NCBI GenBank assembly: GCA_028534125.1
Contig: CM052817.1
Location: forward strand, 15,440,001 to 15,504,000
DNA from: Lama glama
Lineage: Eukaryota
Direction: 5' to 3'
DNA length: 64,000 nucleotides
Every line of letters starts with the position of its first letter. Positions within the stretch are counted from its first letter, which is position 1. The notes beneath the pieces are model-generated. The model was not told the DNA's origin. It ran no database searches and saw nothing but the letters and a program-made list of their open reading frames with translations. The position numbers and the translations under genes were made by a program. Shown piece after piece: positions 1 to 12,339 of this stretch.

Positions 1-789
1 CAATTTTCAAAACTGACTTACACATTTTTATGTCCAGAAAAATTCATCTCTTTGACCAGCTTCCATGATGCTTCTGATTTCTACCCAGAGCATTATCATT
101 TCTTCAGGTTGTAGCCTCACAGTATGCATCTTCAACAGTCAAGTCATTAAGAGTCGTGTCTTTGTGGGCACTATTGTGTAAACCGGTGTATCTAAACAGT
201 CTATTCACTCAAGGAAATTGCACAGGGCTGGTAAGTTTTGACGGACAGTACGGAGGTTTCATTTACTCAACCACTCATTTTTTAAAGCATTTATTTTTTC
301 TTTATTAAACTTGACTTATTAGCTTTCCACTGTGGAGGGTAGATGTCCATAGGAGATGCTAATTGCTAAGCGTAGGTCTGATGATGGCAATGGCACCGCA
401 GGAGACATCCTGGAGCACAAAGCATAGAGAAGTCTAAGCGAGAGGAAGGAATGTTGAGATTCATGAAAAGAAAAGTCACATTAGTCAGAGACTCAAAGTC
501 AAGTCCCAGCTCAGCCTTTTCCTCTGCTTAATTGTGACCACTGCCTGCATCACTGGGACAGCCAAAGTGGCAGAGCAGACCGTTGAGTGTCTTGAGATAG
601 TTGAGGAGGGTTGCCCGCCCAGGAACACACACCAGGGCTTTTTGGCCAGTGATGCCTGTCCTGCAATGGTCCTCTCATAGCCCTTTAGGGTTCTAGGTTA
701 CAGAGCCTGGACCAGGATCTTAATATTAAAACCAATAAGATGATTCTTTAAAGAAAAATGAAAAAGACCATTAAGGGAAGTACAAAGGT

Positions 790-1040
790 CCTGCACACTG
801 AATTCTTCTCAGAGTCAAAGCCAAGATCCTCACAATGGCCTACAAGATGTTCATGACTTATTCAGCCCAACCTCTGTAGCCACTCCCAGTGCATCTCTGA
901 ACTCGGCTCTCTCTCCACTCACTACAGAGTAAGCTCTATGAAGACAGGAGGTAGAGACCTCCATAGCACCTAAAACAGTGCCTGGCAAAGAATAGCACTC
1001 AGCACATGTTTCTTTAAAGCAATACATGAACAATTAATGG
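790..1040 (+). mobile_element. LINE-2 (L2) 3' end fragment
   Basis: Contains gtcaaagccaagatcctcacaatggcctacaag and the L2 terminal motif cctaaaacagtgcctggcaaagaatagcactcag. Confidence 0.75.
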
Positions 1041-1054
1041 GTTTAATGGCTCTA

Positions 1055-1200
1055 TTTCATAACCCCCTGGAGCCTCAGATCTCTCATTTATACAGATAGG
1101 AGACACACTGCCCATCTTTCAGAGAAGCCAAGAGAATAAAAAAGGATAATGCACATAGAGGATCTGGCAGAGCATTCTACACAGTTGGTACATAATACAT
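1055..1200 (+). mobile_element. MIR SINE fragment
   Basis: gagcctcagatctctcatttatacagatagg resembles the MIR core (cctcagtttcctcatctgtaaaatggg). Confidence 0.6.
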
Positions 1201-1239
1201 TTTTGTTTTGCTTCTTGTCCTCTTCTATTTTTCTAGATG

Positions 1240-1492
1240 TAATAATAGTAGTTAATACTTATTATATTTTTTACCATGTGCCAGGCTCAATGCTGAGAGC
1301 TTTACAATCATTGTCTCTGAATTTTCTCAACCCCATGAACTAAGAACTTTTATTATTCCCATTTTATAGATGAAGATTAGAAAAGTTAAATTATTGTTTT
1401 CCAAGATCACACAGTCAGTAAGCAGTCAAACCAGGATGCAAATAAGGTTTACCTGACACCATGATCCCACATTTTTCCATGACGCTATACTG
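1240..1492 (-). mobile_element. MIR SINE
   Basis: Reverse-strand MIR motifs tgtgccaggc, attattcccattttatagatgaag and ccaagatcacacag. Confidence 0.85.
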
Positions 1493-1799
1493 CAAGTGGA
1501 GTAAGGAATACTTAATTGCACTTTTGAGCTTGAATCATAGCATAGACAGATGACTAATGTATTGCTCAGGCTCCAATAGCTGGGATATAAAGGTGTTGCT
1601 TCCCAGTGGACATCATCATTCGTTTACATGTGGGTTTATTTAATCCCAGGAAGGTTTAAATGGACCAGCTAACTCGGCAAGTGCCTGAACCATCCTCCTA
1701 AAACTCCATCCCTGATTCTAAAGCTCTGAAGGTCTCTAAATATACAACATAGATTTGTTATCTCCCCTGATTACTTACTGGCAAAGAGCTATAATATAA

Positions 1800-2070
1800 A
1801 ATTAATTACATTTATACATATTATATTGCATATAGCATATTTTCAAATCCTCAAACCAAGCCTATTACACAGGCATTATTATCCCAGTTTTACCACCAAG
1901 GTCACTGAAGAGATTAGAACAATCCCCTGAAGCCACACAGCTAGTGAGTGGCAAAGCCCTTAAGAAATTATGGAATCTGAATTTCAGCAATTGATTTTCG
2001 TAGGAGTTAACAGCACTCAAGGACCTAATTCAGTCTAACTCCAATGCCTGCGCTCTTAACCATTATATTA
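1800..2070 (-). mobile_element. MIR SINE, degraded
   Basis: attattatcccagttttac, gccacacagctagtgagtggcaaagcc and gctcttaaccattat. Confidence 0.7.
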
Positions 2071-2951
2071 AACTATAAAGTGCTCAGTATATAAATGCAA
2101 GCATTTATTATGCCTTTTCGTATACCATCATTTCACATGGAAATTTCTTCTCTGGAATGCCTTCATAAGAACTTTAAGTTCCCATCTAGAGATTTCCTCT
2201 TTATAATCAATTATTTAAGGAAATGAGTTGACAGTTGCTCTCCCAAGTATCCAAAAACAAGGGCCAAAAATGACGTTGGCACAACAACCCAAATACTCAT
2301 CGCACGTCTATCCGACCACTTTGGCCGAATGGAGAGGCCCTTAGCTGTGCGGTAACGGGCAGTTCAGATAAAGCATTTAAATGGGCTGTCTCCGACCAAA
2401 AGCTGGCAGTCTTCCCAAAGTAATGCGCCAAGGTTTCCACCTCTTACTGGGCTTAGGGGAAGGTTCCAGGCTCCTTCCTCATCGCTGATGTTCTCAGTTG
2501 CCAAGGGTGCATGCCTGCCAGTCGCCAAGTCAACTTCTGGTTGAGATTCGAGGTGGAGACCACTTCTGGGGAGTAAATTAGTCTTCTGGAGAAACAGCAT
2601 TAATTTTGTTAAGCTGCTCAAAAATAAGTTAGGGGCACTTCAGCATCCCATACGCTGCTTATATGATCAGTCAGCTGCATCTTACAGCCAATGCCATCGT
2701 CCTCTTAAAAAATGTTCCTGACATCGTTGGAAGACTTCTGGCTTCTCCTACACAATAATTTGCTGTTACGATCTCCAGATGAATTACTCAGTGCCACTGT
2801 TCCCTTTCTCTTCTGCATTTGCTGGCATTGCCAGCCCAACTCCTTGTTAAGCTTAGTCTGACTCCTAAATTCATTCATCAATATCTGTTTCAGTCTTGTA
2901 ATACATGTCACCTTTAAGGGTTGTGTCCACTTGCATAGACACCAGCTTGCT

Positions 2952-2970
2952 ACACACACACACACACACA
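2952..2970. repeat. (AC)n microsatellite
   Basis: Read directly from the sequence. Confidence 0.95.
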
Positions 2971-4423
2971 GAGAGGCTTCTACATTGTGTCTCACACCAC
3001 AGCCCCACCACCACAGGACAGTATTACTTCTTCAGGATGCACCAACAGCAAGATCAAAGACATGACAAAGTGACATAAGACTGTAGGCCACCAGATTCAT
3101 GATAGCATCCAAAAGTTTGGCAGGAGGGCATCATTAATATTTGAGAAGATTCCCTGCTTTTTGGCAGAAATTCTGCCCACAGCTTTCCAATTAGCATGCT
3201 TTATGGCTGGGGAGAAGCTGGTTTCTCAATTGTAAGTACCTTGTCTGACTGAAATCTTATTCTCCCAGATAAATGACAAAGGAATTTGTACAATTTTATC
3301 CAGACTCCAACTCAGCCACAAGATTAATAGGAAAACAGAGCCCTCCCTCAAGTCTTCTTTGAGTTCTTCTGAGCGTTTTCTTCATTATGTCTCCCAAATG
3401 CTCTGCTTTGCTAACGGAACATTAAGTGGTCTTCTTACCAGGAGGTGTGGGGTGGAAATTTCAACTAAATCTTCTCAGAAGAAAGCACGAGATTGTGATA
3501 TGGCATTAGGGAATGGGAGGGAATTACTTACTGTGACACATCCTTCTTAATTTCTGCTTACTATGCATTGAAATACAATTAATATAACTTGGCGCTGAGA
3601 AGAGCTGAGCCTTAACTTATTAAATAAAACCTTGACAATGTCTCTTTAGTTTTATGATTTGTGCCTTCTGGGCAAAACACCTAAACATCAGTAGAAAACA
3701 TCTTCTGGGGATATTATATTGTTTGGAAATATTTTGAAGCTTTGTCAGGGGCTCTACAAGGTCCTACTTGGGATGGCTTGTGGCTTAAGAATGTGCTTGA
3801 CTTACTGTTGCTTGAAAGGTGCCTCGAACATCTCCCATTAGAGAGGACTTTGTCTCACTTAATGTGACTTTTCGCCATCAATATGTTTTTACTGAAAACC
3901 TACGGGCCAACACTCTGGTTATTCTAAATTTGTAACACATTGGTAGAAAACATGTTTTCCCTTGGGATATTTATGGTTTAATTTGAAAATCAGACACAAA
4001 AATATATTCTGCATTAACACTATATAAATACTTACAAAAATCTCTTGAGGTGTCCATTATACCAAGTATCCATCTTTCTATGACTAAAAGCCCTAACACA
4101 TATGTATCATGTCTTGAAATTGAGATGTTACATCTAATAGCTCATCTAATTTTCCAGTTTACTTTGAGTGTAGGTGAAGCATTTGTTATTCACATAAAAC
4201 ATATTAAAAATTCCGAGGAATATAAGGCTTACAATAATTATCATATTATGTTTCTACCAATGTCTTAAAATTAATAAGATTGTTATGATAATACGACTTT
4301 TTCCGCATGAGAAACCAAGATGCATAACGGTAACAGTAATCAAGCCAAAATTTCTTTGACAGTCATTATGCCAAACTAAGGTTTTTTTCTAGGTGGTTGC
4401 GAGCCATTCGACTATAAATATCT

Positions 4424-4535
4424 CAGGACCAGGACTAGTTAGGCTCTCTCTCCAGGCACAAAATTTAAGGAGGCTCCAAAATGTGGTAATCAAGATAAAT
4501 AACATTTGAAGATGATATTTAAGAAATCAAAATTA
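4424..4535. mobile_element. hAT-type non-autonomous DNA transposon (MER53/MER91-like, name tentative), left part
   Basis: caggaccaggactag...gcacaaaatttaaggaggctccaaaa...gtaatcaagataaataac matches a recalled hAT MITE consensus. The element resumes after the L1 at about 5319. Confidence 0.65.
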
Positions 4536-4757
4536 CAATATAGCCAGTATGGAAAACAGTATAGGGTTTCCTCACAAAACTGAAAATTGAATTTTGATCC
4601 AGCAATCCCACTTCTGGGTATAGACCCGAGGGAAATGAAAACAGGGTCTGAGAGATATCTGCCCTCCCTATCCACTGCAACATAAACATGACGGCCAACA
4701 TATGGAAGCACTCTAAGTGTCTGTCCACAGATGAACGTATAAAGAAGATGTAATACA

Positions 4758-4800
<43 letters not shown>

Positions 4801-5318
4801 GCGCAGTGGAACGTTATTCAGCCACGAGAAACAAAGATATCCTGCCATTTGCAGCAACGTGGCTGGCCTTAAGGACATTATGCTAAGCCAAATAATTCAG
4901 ACACAAGTACTGTGTGCTCTCAGTTATACATAGAATCTAAAAGAGCTGAACTCGTAGAAACGGAGACTGGAATGGTGGTTACTGTGGGCTGTGGAACGGG
5001 GAGCTGGGAGATGGTGGTCAAGGAGTACAAGCTTTCAGTTTTAAAGTGAGTAAGTTCTGGGGATCTAATGTACAGCATGGTGACTATAGCTCATATAGCT
5101 GTAGAAGAGTCTTGAAAGATGATAAGAGAGTAGATTTTGAATGTTCTCAGCACCAGAAGGAAATGGTAGTGTGTGACCTGATGGAGACATTAGCTAATGC
5201 TAGTGGTAAACACTCGGCAATATGTAACTATATCAGCTCAACCTGCTGTACACTTGGAACTCAATATATACGTCAATTATATCTCAATAAAGCTGGAAAA
5301 TGTATTCACAGAGCAAAA
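4536..5318 (+). mobile_element. 5'-truncated L1 (L1MA-like): ORF2 end and 3' UTR
   Basis: tatggaaaacagtat, gatccagcaatcccacttctgggtatag, ccatttgcagcaac and terminal tcaattatatctcaataaagctg. Flanked by a degenerate TSD at 4521-4535 and 5319-5333. Internal (AC)n at 4755-4796. Confidence 0.93.
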
Positions 5319-5410
5319 AAAAAATCAAAAGTAATGCAAAAAATACATGATGAGAAAAATATCAAAATTTTAAATAGACAGAAATAGCATTACAGATTTT
5401 TCCTTGACTC
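5319..5410. mobile_element. Same hAT-type DNA transposon, right part
   Basis: aatgcaaaaaatacatgatgagaaaaatatcaaaattttaaata...cattacagatttttcc continues the consensus interrupted at 4535. Confidence 0.65.
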
Positions 5411-5689
5411 TTGCATTACTTAATAGATCAATGGCAATTACTGGCTGATGTTATTTGCGATAATATTATTTTTGGCCTGGTGTTACACTAATTTTCAAGT
5501 GTGAACTCACTTTAATATGTGATTGTTTCTTTCTACCTGGATGGCAAGCTACTAGAATACTCTGAGTGTATTTATCCACTGTAATCGATTATTGATCATT
5601 GAGGACTATTTAGCTCTAATACTTAAAACTACATTTGAATGAAGAAAAAAAATCCCTCTTCCTGAGGCTGTTTATTGAAATGAAAGTCA

Positions 5690-5870
5690 TGGAGGTAGCA
5701 AGGTTCAGGGGAAAGAGCACTGGTTTGTTTATTAGTTCTACCTTAAGTTACTTAACTTATCTGGCTCTCCATTTCCTCACCTTTAGAAGACAAGCATTTG
5801 AATATTTACCTTGCTGGTGACTCTGAGGATTAAATGAGATAACCAGTGTGAAATGCTCAACCAATTGCAG
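5690..5870 (+). mobile_element. MIR SINE
   Basis: aagttacttaac, ccatttcctcacctttag and gaggattaaatgagataa. Confidence 0.8.
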
Positions 5871-7769
5871 ACATGGAGGAATTTTCTTTCCTTACTATGT
5901 AGCATCCTCCCCATTGCATCCCTGGATCACTGAAGCTTACATCTCCAAGATTCCAACCAATAGGTGATCATTCTTGTCTACAGAGCATCTTTGCAATGTG
6001 TGAACTCAAGTACTAGCCCTGCCTCCCCACCTTTCCCAACCCTGGACCACGTCTCCCTTCCCTGGCTGTCTAACCTGGGGCATACACCAGATGGCAGTGT
6101 CCCATTGAGGACAGGATCCTTCTGGCCTTTCAGCTCACTGACCAAATGACCAGTTGCTTTGCCATATCTCTATGTGTGTTACAGGTCAATAGCATTAGCC
6201 TTGGGGTCTGGTTGATGTTCAATGTAAAAATAAACACTGGAAAATCTCTGTGCGTTTTATTTCCAAGGTCAATTGGAAGAGGTACATATGTGATGCTGAA
6301 GTAAACATACACTTCATATAGATTTTTGTCAATGTTTGCACTTCACTGCACTTTAATCAGTAATAACAATCCCTTATAATATATCTAACACACACTTCGA
6401 GGCACCAGGGCTGGCTACAGATGTGAGTGATGCATGTCTGCTACCTTCAAGTAGCTCACTGTTTACTAGGAGAGAAAGAGTTTTATGCAACTAATGATAG
6501 TGCAATGAGATCATTGTTATGCTTTTTAACCCAGATGGCTTCACAATTTTTTATCTTACGTGTATCTGTCTTGGAATTAATCATTTCATGGCTTTTACTA
6601 AGTTCACTTGCCTTCAGCTAAGAGCTCTCAAATCCTCATGGATGCCTGGTATTCTCCATTTAAAAATACTATGAACGTTTCTATCTCGCTACAATTCATC
6701 ATGCATATGATTTGGGAGGCTTTTTTCACAGCCACCTTTCAATATGAGGAAAGAATGTACCCGATCACTTCTACTACCTCTATTAATTTATCCTACAAAC
6801 ACTTGCTACAAGGTTCCAGGTGCTACCCCTGGGGAAATAGAAACACAAATCAACTATATAGTTCTTGGCCCTGAAGGCTTTGAGTCTAATAAAGGGTTAA
6901 TAATTGATAAGAATTTGAGATTCTGGCAGGGAAATTTGGAGTATCCTGTGAATGTGTGTGTGTGTCTGCACACATGCAGTTTTCAGCTTACTTTCGGTGA
7001 GATTCATGAACTCACAGCTGAGTCATTTACCCGAGGTGGGAGGTGTGCGCTTGTGAGTGTGTGTGTACGTGTGTGTTGTCCCTTGATTTGTGACTGTGGT
7101 GGCTGAGATGAAAGGCCATCTCCCTGTGTAGTACTCAAGACACATGCACCTTCTAGAATTATGAAACTGAAAAATTATGACTGGAGTCAGTTTCTTCTGG
7201 TCGCATTCCATTCCCCCACTTCCCCTCTCCACTCCCTTCATCTCTCTGTCCTGAGCCAGCCTGCCTCTGACCCGGAGCAGTCATACACCCTCCTGTGACC
7301 TCTAAGGACTCACAGGAATCTGATTTTCCTACAGACCCGCCAGCTGGGGCCTCGGGAATCCGATCCCCTCTTGGATTATTCACAGGATCAGATCGGCACT
7401 GGCATTTCAGAGTAGGCGCCACACAGATCCCGGCCTCACTTGTGCCCCATGTGCACAAGGACACCCACACGCGGGGGTTTCAGAGACCAGCTCTGCCCCT
7501 GCCGAGGCTTGCTGTTCCCAGGAATTTTGTTTCCAGTACCCATGGAAGCTAAGCCAGGAAGCAGTTCATTGGGTTGCTTGGCTAAGTGGAACCCAAAGAT
7601 GCCTGTAAGAGCTGTGAATGGCCAACAGATCAAAGCTCAAATTCAGCTGGATAATTATCTGCGATTTAGATGAAAAGGGTGTGTGCTGATATCACTCTAT
7701 CCCCTCTGTACAAGAGGGAAGGCACAAAATAGTCCCTGAATTTCTGACTACCTGTCCCTTCCAATGACT

Positions 7770-7865
7770 CACAAGATCTGAGATGGAGTCTGGAAACTTG
7801 TATTTTTTTAAAAAGTCAACCAGGTTTGTCTTATGCAGCCTAACCAGATGGAAGCCCTTGCTTAA
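7770..7865. mobile_element. MER5-like hAT-Charlie fragment
   Basis: gatctgagatggagtctggaaacttgtatttttt...tcttatgcagcc resembles MER5 internal sequence. Confidence 0.5.
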
Positions 7866-8887
7866 AGTTTCCTCCTAACATAATACACTTTGATTCTATT
7901 ATTCCCAAAATACAAAGAGGTAAGGGTATGATGCCAGGTCAGCTACGAAGACGGGAGCAAGGTTAAGATTAGAACTTGAGTCTCCTAACGCCTGGTCCAC
8001 TGCCCCCGCTCTGCGCGCTGTGCACAGCACAGGAGCCCAGCACTCTGTTCACCTGAGGGAGGATGATTGGACTATTCCGGAAAAGGGCAGATGGGTGCTT
8101 ACAAAGCTTCCACGGGGTTCCCAAAATAAACACGCCATTGTTTAAAGCTGTCAGAAGCAAAGCAAAAGAAAAGAGTCGTGACCTCTGGAAATGAGATGAT
8201 AATGCAATACAAATTTTGAAAACAGAAGGGCGATCTTAAAGAATGAAGAGGGGGTTAGGCCTTTGGTTGAATTAGGTTGTGAGGAATCGTGAGAAGCAGG
8301 TATGTTCAGTCTGGAAAGCCAGCCACGGGACCTGAGCCATTGGCCAAATGGAGCGGGCTCCGGGGAAGGAGGACAGCCTCCAAGGAGGGAAGGGGGAGAC
8401 CGGGGCATGGGTAGGACGGTGCAGGTGTCCAGAAGACAGCAGTGGAGTCCAGCACGATCCATCCAGATCACCCCTGCTCCCACCTTGAAAAGTATACCTC
8501 CAGGTCACTTTCGAGATGACATAAGGCCAGAGAGAGTAATTATAACAACTATGAATTATCACACATGTGCGCTCTTTCAGGCATGAGTCTCCTGCTAGCA
8601 CCTTCCTTTTGCAGAAGCAGAAATGATTTACTATGAAGACAGGGAAGCCCACACTCCAGGCCCTCACTGTCCCAGGTTCCATCTGTGGTCCTGGGAGAGG
8701 CCCTATACATATGTTCTTATGGTCACAGGATAATTTTCTAAAATTTACAAAGTTAGAATTTTTTAAAAAAACATTTCTATTCATACAGAATTAAGCTCTG
8801 GGGCCCACAAAATCTGTGTCCACTTTGGCGAGGTAGGTATTGGTGGTGGTTCTGATGCTGATGCTACATTGTAGACAGATGGCATTC

Positions 8888-9020
8888 TCTCTGAACCTCA
8901 CTCTTCTCATCTGTAAAATGGACTTCTCTGCCCCATCCAACTTTAGAGAGGAACTCAGAGGATCAAATTATTTCACAGTGATGGGGAATTCTGAGAAGCA
9001 AGCATAAGTCACTGTTCTAT
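8888..9020 (+). mobile_element. MIR SINE fragment
   Basis: tctctgaacctcactcttctcatctgtaaaatgg is the MIR core. Confidence 0.8.
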
Positions 9021-9809
9021 TTAAAGATTCTGGAAACTGTCCAGATCTACAGAAAGAAATATTTAGTCTCAAATATAAAATAATATTCTCCACTGAAGTT
9101 ATGCATACATATGTAAAGACCCACTCAGCTGTGCACTTGGACAGGTCTGGGTCTAGCTCTGGTATAGAACACTTACTGACACAAAGGTCTTTAATACTCA
9201 TTTACCTAGAAGTAACCAGATCCCTGGCTCTCCCCACAAACAGTAAACTTTCCCCATGTCAAAGATGACCAACCTCCCTGTGGACCAGGGATGCCCACAC
9301 AGAGGAAAGTTAGAAGTAAAATAGTCTGTTTCATTTGCATTGCACAAATTGCTTATGGTCCAGGACCAAGATGGAAGTCACTGCACATAAAGCCACTGTC
9401 AGATCACCAAAGCCCTTTTCACATGTGTGGCGAGGGTAATGCTGATGTCCCAGCCTCATGCAGCAGCGGGAACGTCATTTGGCCTCCTTCAATGTTGTGC
9501 TTTGAAGATGCAGGAACACTTTAAAGGAAATGTCTTCTCCCAGGGTGAGCCTCCTCAGTGTACAGCTGTTTCAATTTGCCCAGGTCCCTGTGGAATCCTT
9601 TATCCTGCCTATAGAATGTTCATCCTTGGAGGAAAGATTTCATTGTATAACTGATAAATTCTCATTTTCCTTTGGCTCCTAGTTTCTCTTTTAGAAATGC
9701 CTGCAGGTCAACCCCAATGGAACACCAAGCACATCTGTGCTGAGATAAAGGAGAGAGGAGGACACAAAGAAGCCAGGGATAAATAAGAAAGAAATAAAGC
9801 ATAAAGCAC

Positions 9810-10027
9810 AAGCTACACTGAGTTGCTATAATGCAGCAGAGACTTCATGTGTATCATCTCACTTAATCCTCACTAGTGGAGTGAGAGGAAGACACTGGTT
9901 TTTGAAGAAGAGAAATTGGAGTTTCGGGGGTGAGAAGTAACTTTCCAAAGGTCAACAATGAATGAGAAAGGAAGCCAATATTAGACCCTGGGTTTTTGAA
10001 TTCAAAACCTGTGCACCATCTCCTCGA
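9810..10027 (-). mobile_element. MIR SINE
   Basis: atcatctcacttaatcctcac, gagaaattggag and aagtaactttccaaaggtca. Confidence 0.75.
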
Positions 10028-10040
10028 CTCTGCCACCTCT

Positions 10041-10192
10041 TTTGGGGGGCAGGGTGGGGAGGTAATTAGGTTGGTTGGTTGGTCGGTTGGTTGATTGATT
10101 GATTGATTAATGATTAATGGAGGTACTGGGGATTGAACCCAGGACCTCTTGCATGCTAAGCATATACTCTACCTCTAAGCTATACCTTCTCT
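10041..10192 (-). mobile_element. tRNA-derived SINE, Vic-1-like (camelid)
   Basis: The minus strand reads ggtatagcttagaggtagag (A box)...ggttcaatccc (B box) cagtacctcc, then an (AATC/AACC)n tail and cctaattacctcccc. Exact 13-bp TSD ctctgccacctct at 10028-10040 and 10193-10205. Confidence 0.88.
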
Positions 10193-10516
10193 CTCTGCCA
10201 CCTCTCTTAAAGGAAAGAAAGAAAGAGGGAGAATGGTATTTTTTTTTACCCTGAAAATTACAAATTGGATTCTACCAAGTGGAATGCAATGCAGTCAGAT
10301 TCCATGGTCATTTCCTTGTTTTTAACTTCACATAATCACAATGGTTGCATGTTTTAACCTTCTGAATGGCCACAGTATATATTGCTGGTTCCATGCCAAT
10401 CTCTAGAGCCCAGACACCATCTCATGCAAGCAAGTGACTCAGAGGCTTTGAAAAGTGCCTTGACAACCTCTTTATGGAGACTGTCAGTCAAAGTTTAATA
10501 TTAAGAAATTCTTCCC

Positions 10517-11135
10517 TAATAAATGCTGGAGACGATGTGGAGGTGTGGAGAAAAAGGAACCCTCCTACACTGTTGATGGGAATGTAGTTTGGTGCAGCTA
10601 CTATGAAGATTCCTTAAAAAACTAAGAGTAGACTTACCATATGATCCAGCAATCCCACTCCTGGGCATACATCCAGAGGAAACTTTAAACTGAAAAGAGA
10701 AGACACTAATGAATTTATCTACAAAACAGAAACAGACTCACAGACATAGTAAACAAATTTATGGTTACCAGGGAGAAAGGGAGTGGGAAGGGAAAAATTG
10801 GGAGTTCGAGATTTGCAGATATTAACTATACATATATTAACTAGATAAAAAATTTCTTATGTATAGCACAGGGAACTATATTCAGTATCTTCTAGTAACC
10901 TATAATTAAAAAAAATATGAAAATGAATGTATATATGCATATGTATGACTGAAATGTTGTGCTGTACACCCAAAATTGACACATTATAACAGGCTATACT
11001 TCAATTAAAATATATATATATATGCATCCCAATGTTCACAGCAGCACTATTTACAATAGCCAAAACATGGATTCAATCTAAATGTCCATTGACAGATAAT
11101 CAGATAAAGAATTTGTGAGATAGATAGATAGATAG

Positions 11136-11176
<41 letters not shown>

Positions 11177-11643
11177 GGAATACTATTCAGCCTTAAAAAA
11201 GAATAAAATAATGCCATTTGAAGCAACACAGATGGACCTAGAGATTGTCATATTAAGTGGAATAAACCAGAAACAGACAGAAAAATACCATATGATATCA
11301 CTTATATGTGAAATCTAAAAATGAACTTATTTACAGAACAGAAACAGACTCACAGACATAGAAAACAAATGAGGTTACCAGGGGGAAAGGGAAAGGAGAG
11401 AGACAAATTAGGAGTTTGAGTTTTGCAAATACTAACAACTATATATAAACTAGATAAACAGCCAGGTCTTACTGTATAGCACAGGGAACTATATTCAATA
11501 TCTTGTAAAGGCCTATAATGAAAAATAACGTGAAAGAGAATATACATATGTATACATGTATAACTGAATCACTATGCTGTACACCAGAAATGAACACAAC
11601 ATTGTAAATTGACTATACTTCAATAAAAAATATGAAAGAAAGA
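10517..11643 (+). mobile_element. 5'-truncated cetartiodactyl-type L1 carrying a second, internal L1 3' UTR (10699-11010)
   Basis: ORF2-end motifs ggaaccctcctacactgttg and gatccagcaatcccactcctggg. The 3' UTR block acagactcacagacatag...gtatagcacagggaactatattca...tatacttcaat occurs twice. Degenerate TSD aagaaattcttccc (10503-10516) and aagaagtccttccc (11644-11657). Confidence 0.93.
11119..11174. repeat. Compound (GATA)n(CA)n microsatellite inside L1
   Basis: Read directly from the sequence. Confidence 0.95.
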
Positions 11644-12024
11644 AAGAAGTCCTTCCCCAAATGAAGATGCCCTCAGCTGCAACAGAACAGCAGTATTGCC
11701 ACTTTGGCCTCCACACAGAGCTTTTTTGTGTGTGGTCCCAGGGCCCCCTTGTCAGTAATGAAATGGCCACATGTGTGGTACTAGGAAGGATCTAGATGGT
11801 AGCCAAGCATGCCAGCTGCACTGGGATGTTTTGAGTAGTTGGGGTTTATGAGTAATAATCTCAAAGGAGATAGTTATTTTCTCCAAAGTGGGCCATCGTG
11901 AGTCCACCCTCGTGCAGGGGACCATGCCAGAGCACTCGCCTCCCTCTGAATTGTGTGGTTTTGGGGAATGCTCAGTGAAGAGGTCATGGTTACCTATTCA
12001 ACATTGAATTTTTTCCCTCTGCTT

Positions 12025-12330
12025 TTATTCACCCATCTACTCACGTGATAAATATTTACTGAGCAACTACTACCATCCATGCACTACATGGAACATGGGA
12101 CACAGAGGAGAATAAAGCACAACCTGTGCTCTCTGTAACTTATAATTCAGATAGGAAGGTATGCATGTAAACAAATGGGAGTGATAAAGTGTTTTGTGCA
12201 TGTCGGCAGAATTATATTTAGGGCTTAAAGGAGAGTGTGCTCAATAGGATCCGGGGAGGAGAAAGAGAGGAGTGTTCAGAAAAAGCATAGAGAGGAGACC
12301 GTCCTTGCAAGACAGCATGTTTAGCAGGAA
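12025..12330 (-). mobile_element. L2 3' fragment
   Basis: aaatatttactgagcaactac followed by a purine-rich tract typical of antisense L2. Confidence 0.7.
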
Positions 12331-12339
12331 GAATAAAGG

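Noticed and set aside
2821..3177. Short palindromes gctggcattgccagc and ggcagaaattctgcc
   Set aside because: Arms of 7 bp are expected by chance in 64 kb.
8151..8784. Overlapping 94-170 aa ORFs
   Set aside because: No recognisable domain or splice structure. Local GC richness explains the open frames.
10115..10190. tRNA gene
   Set aside because: It has A and B boxes but also a SINE tail and a TSD, so it is a tRNA-derived SINE.
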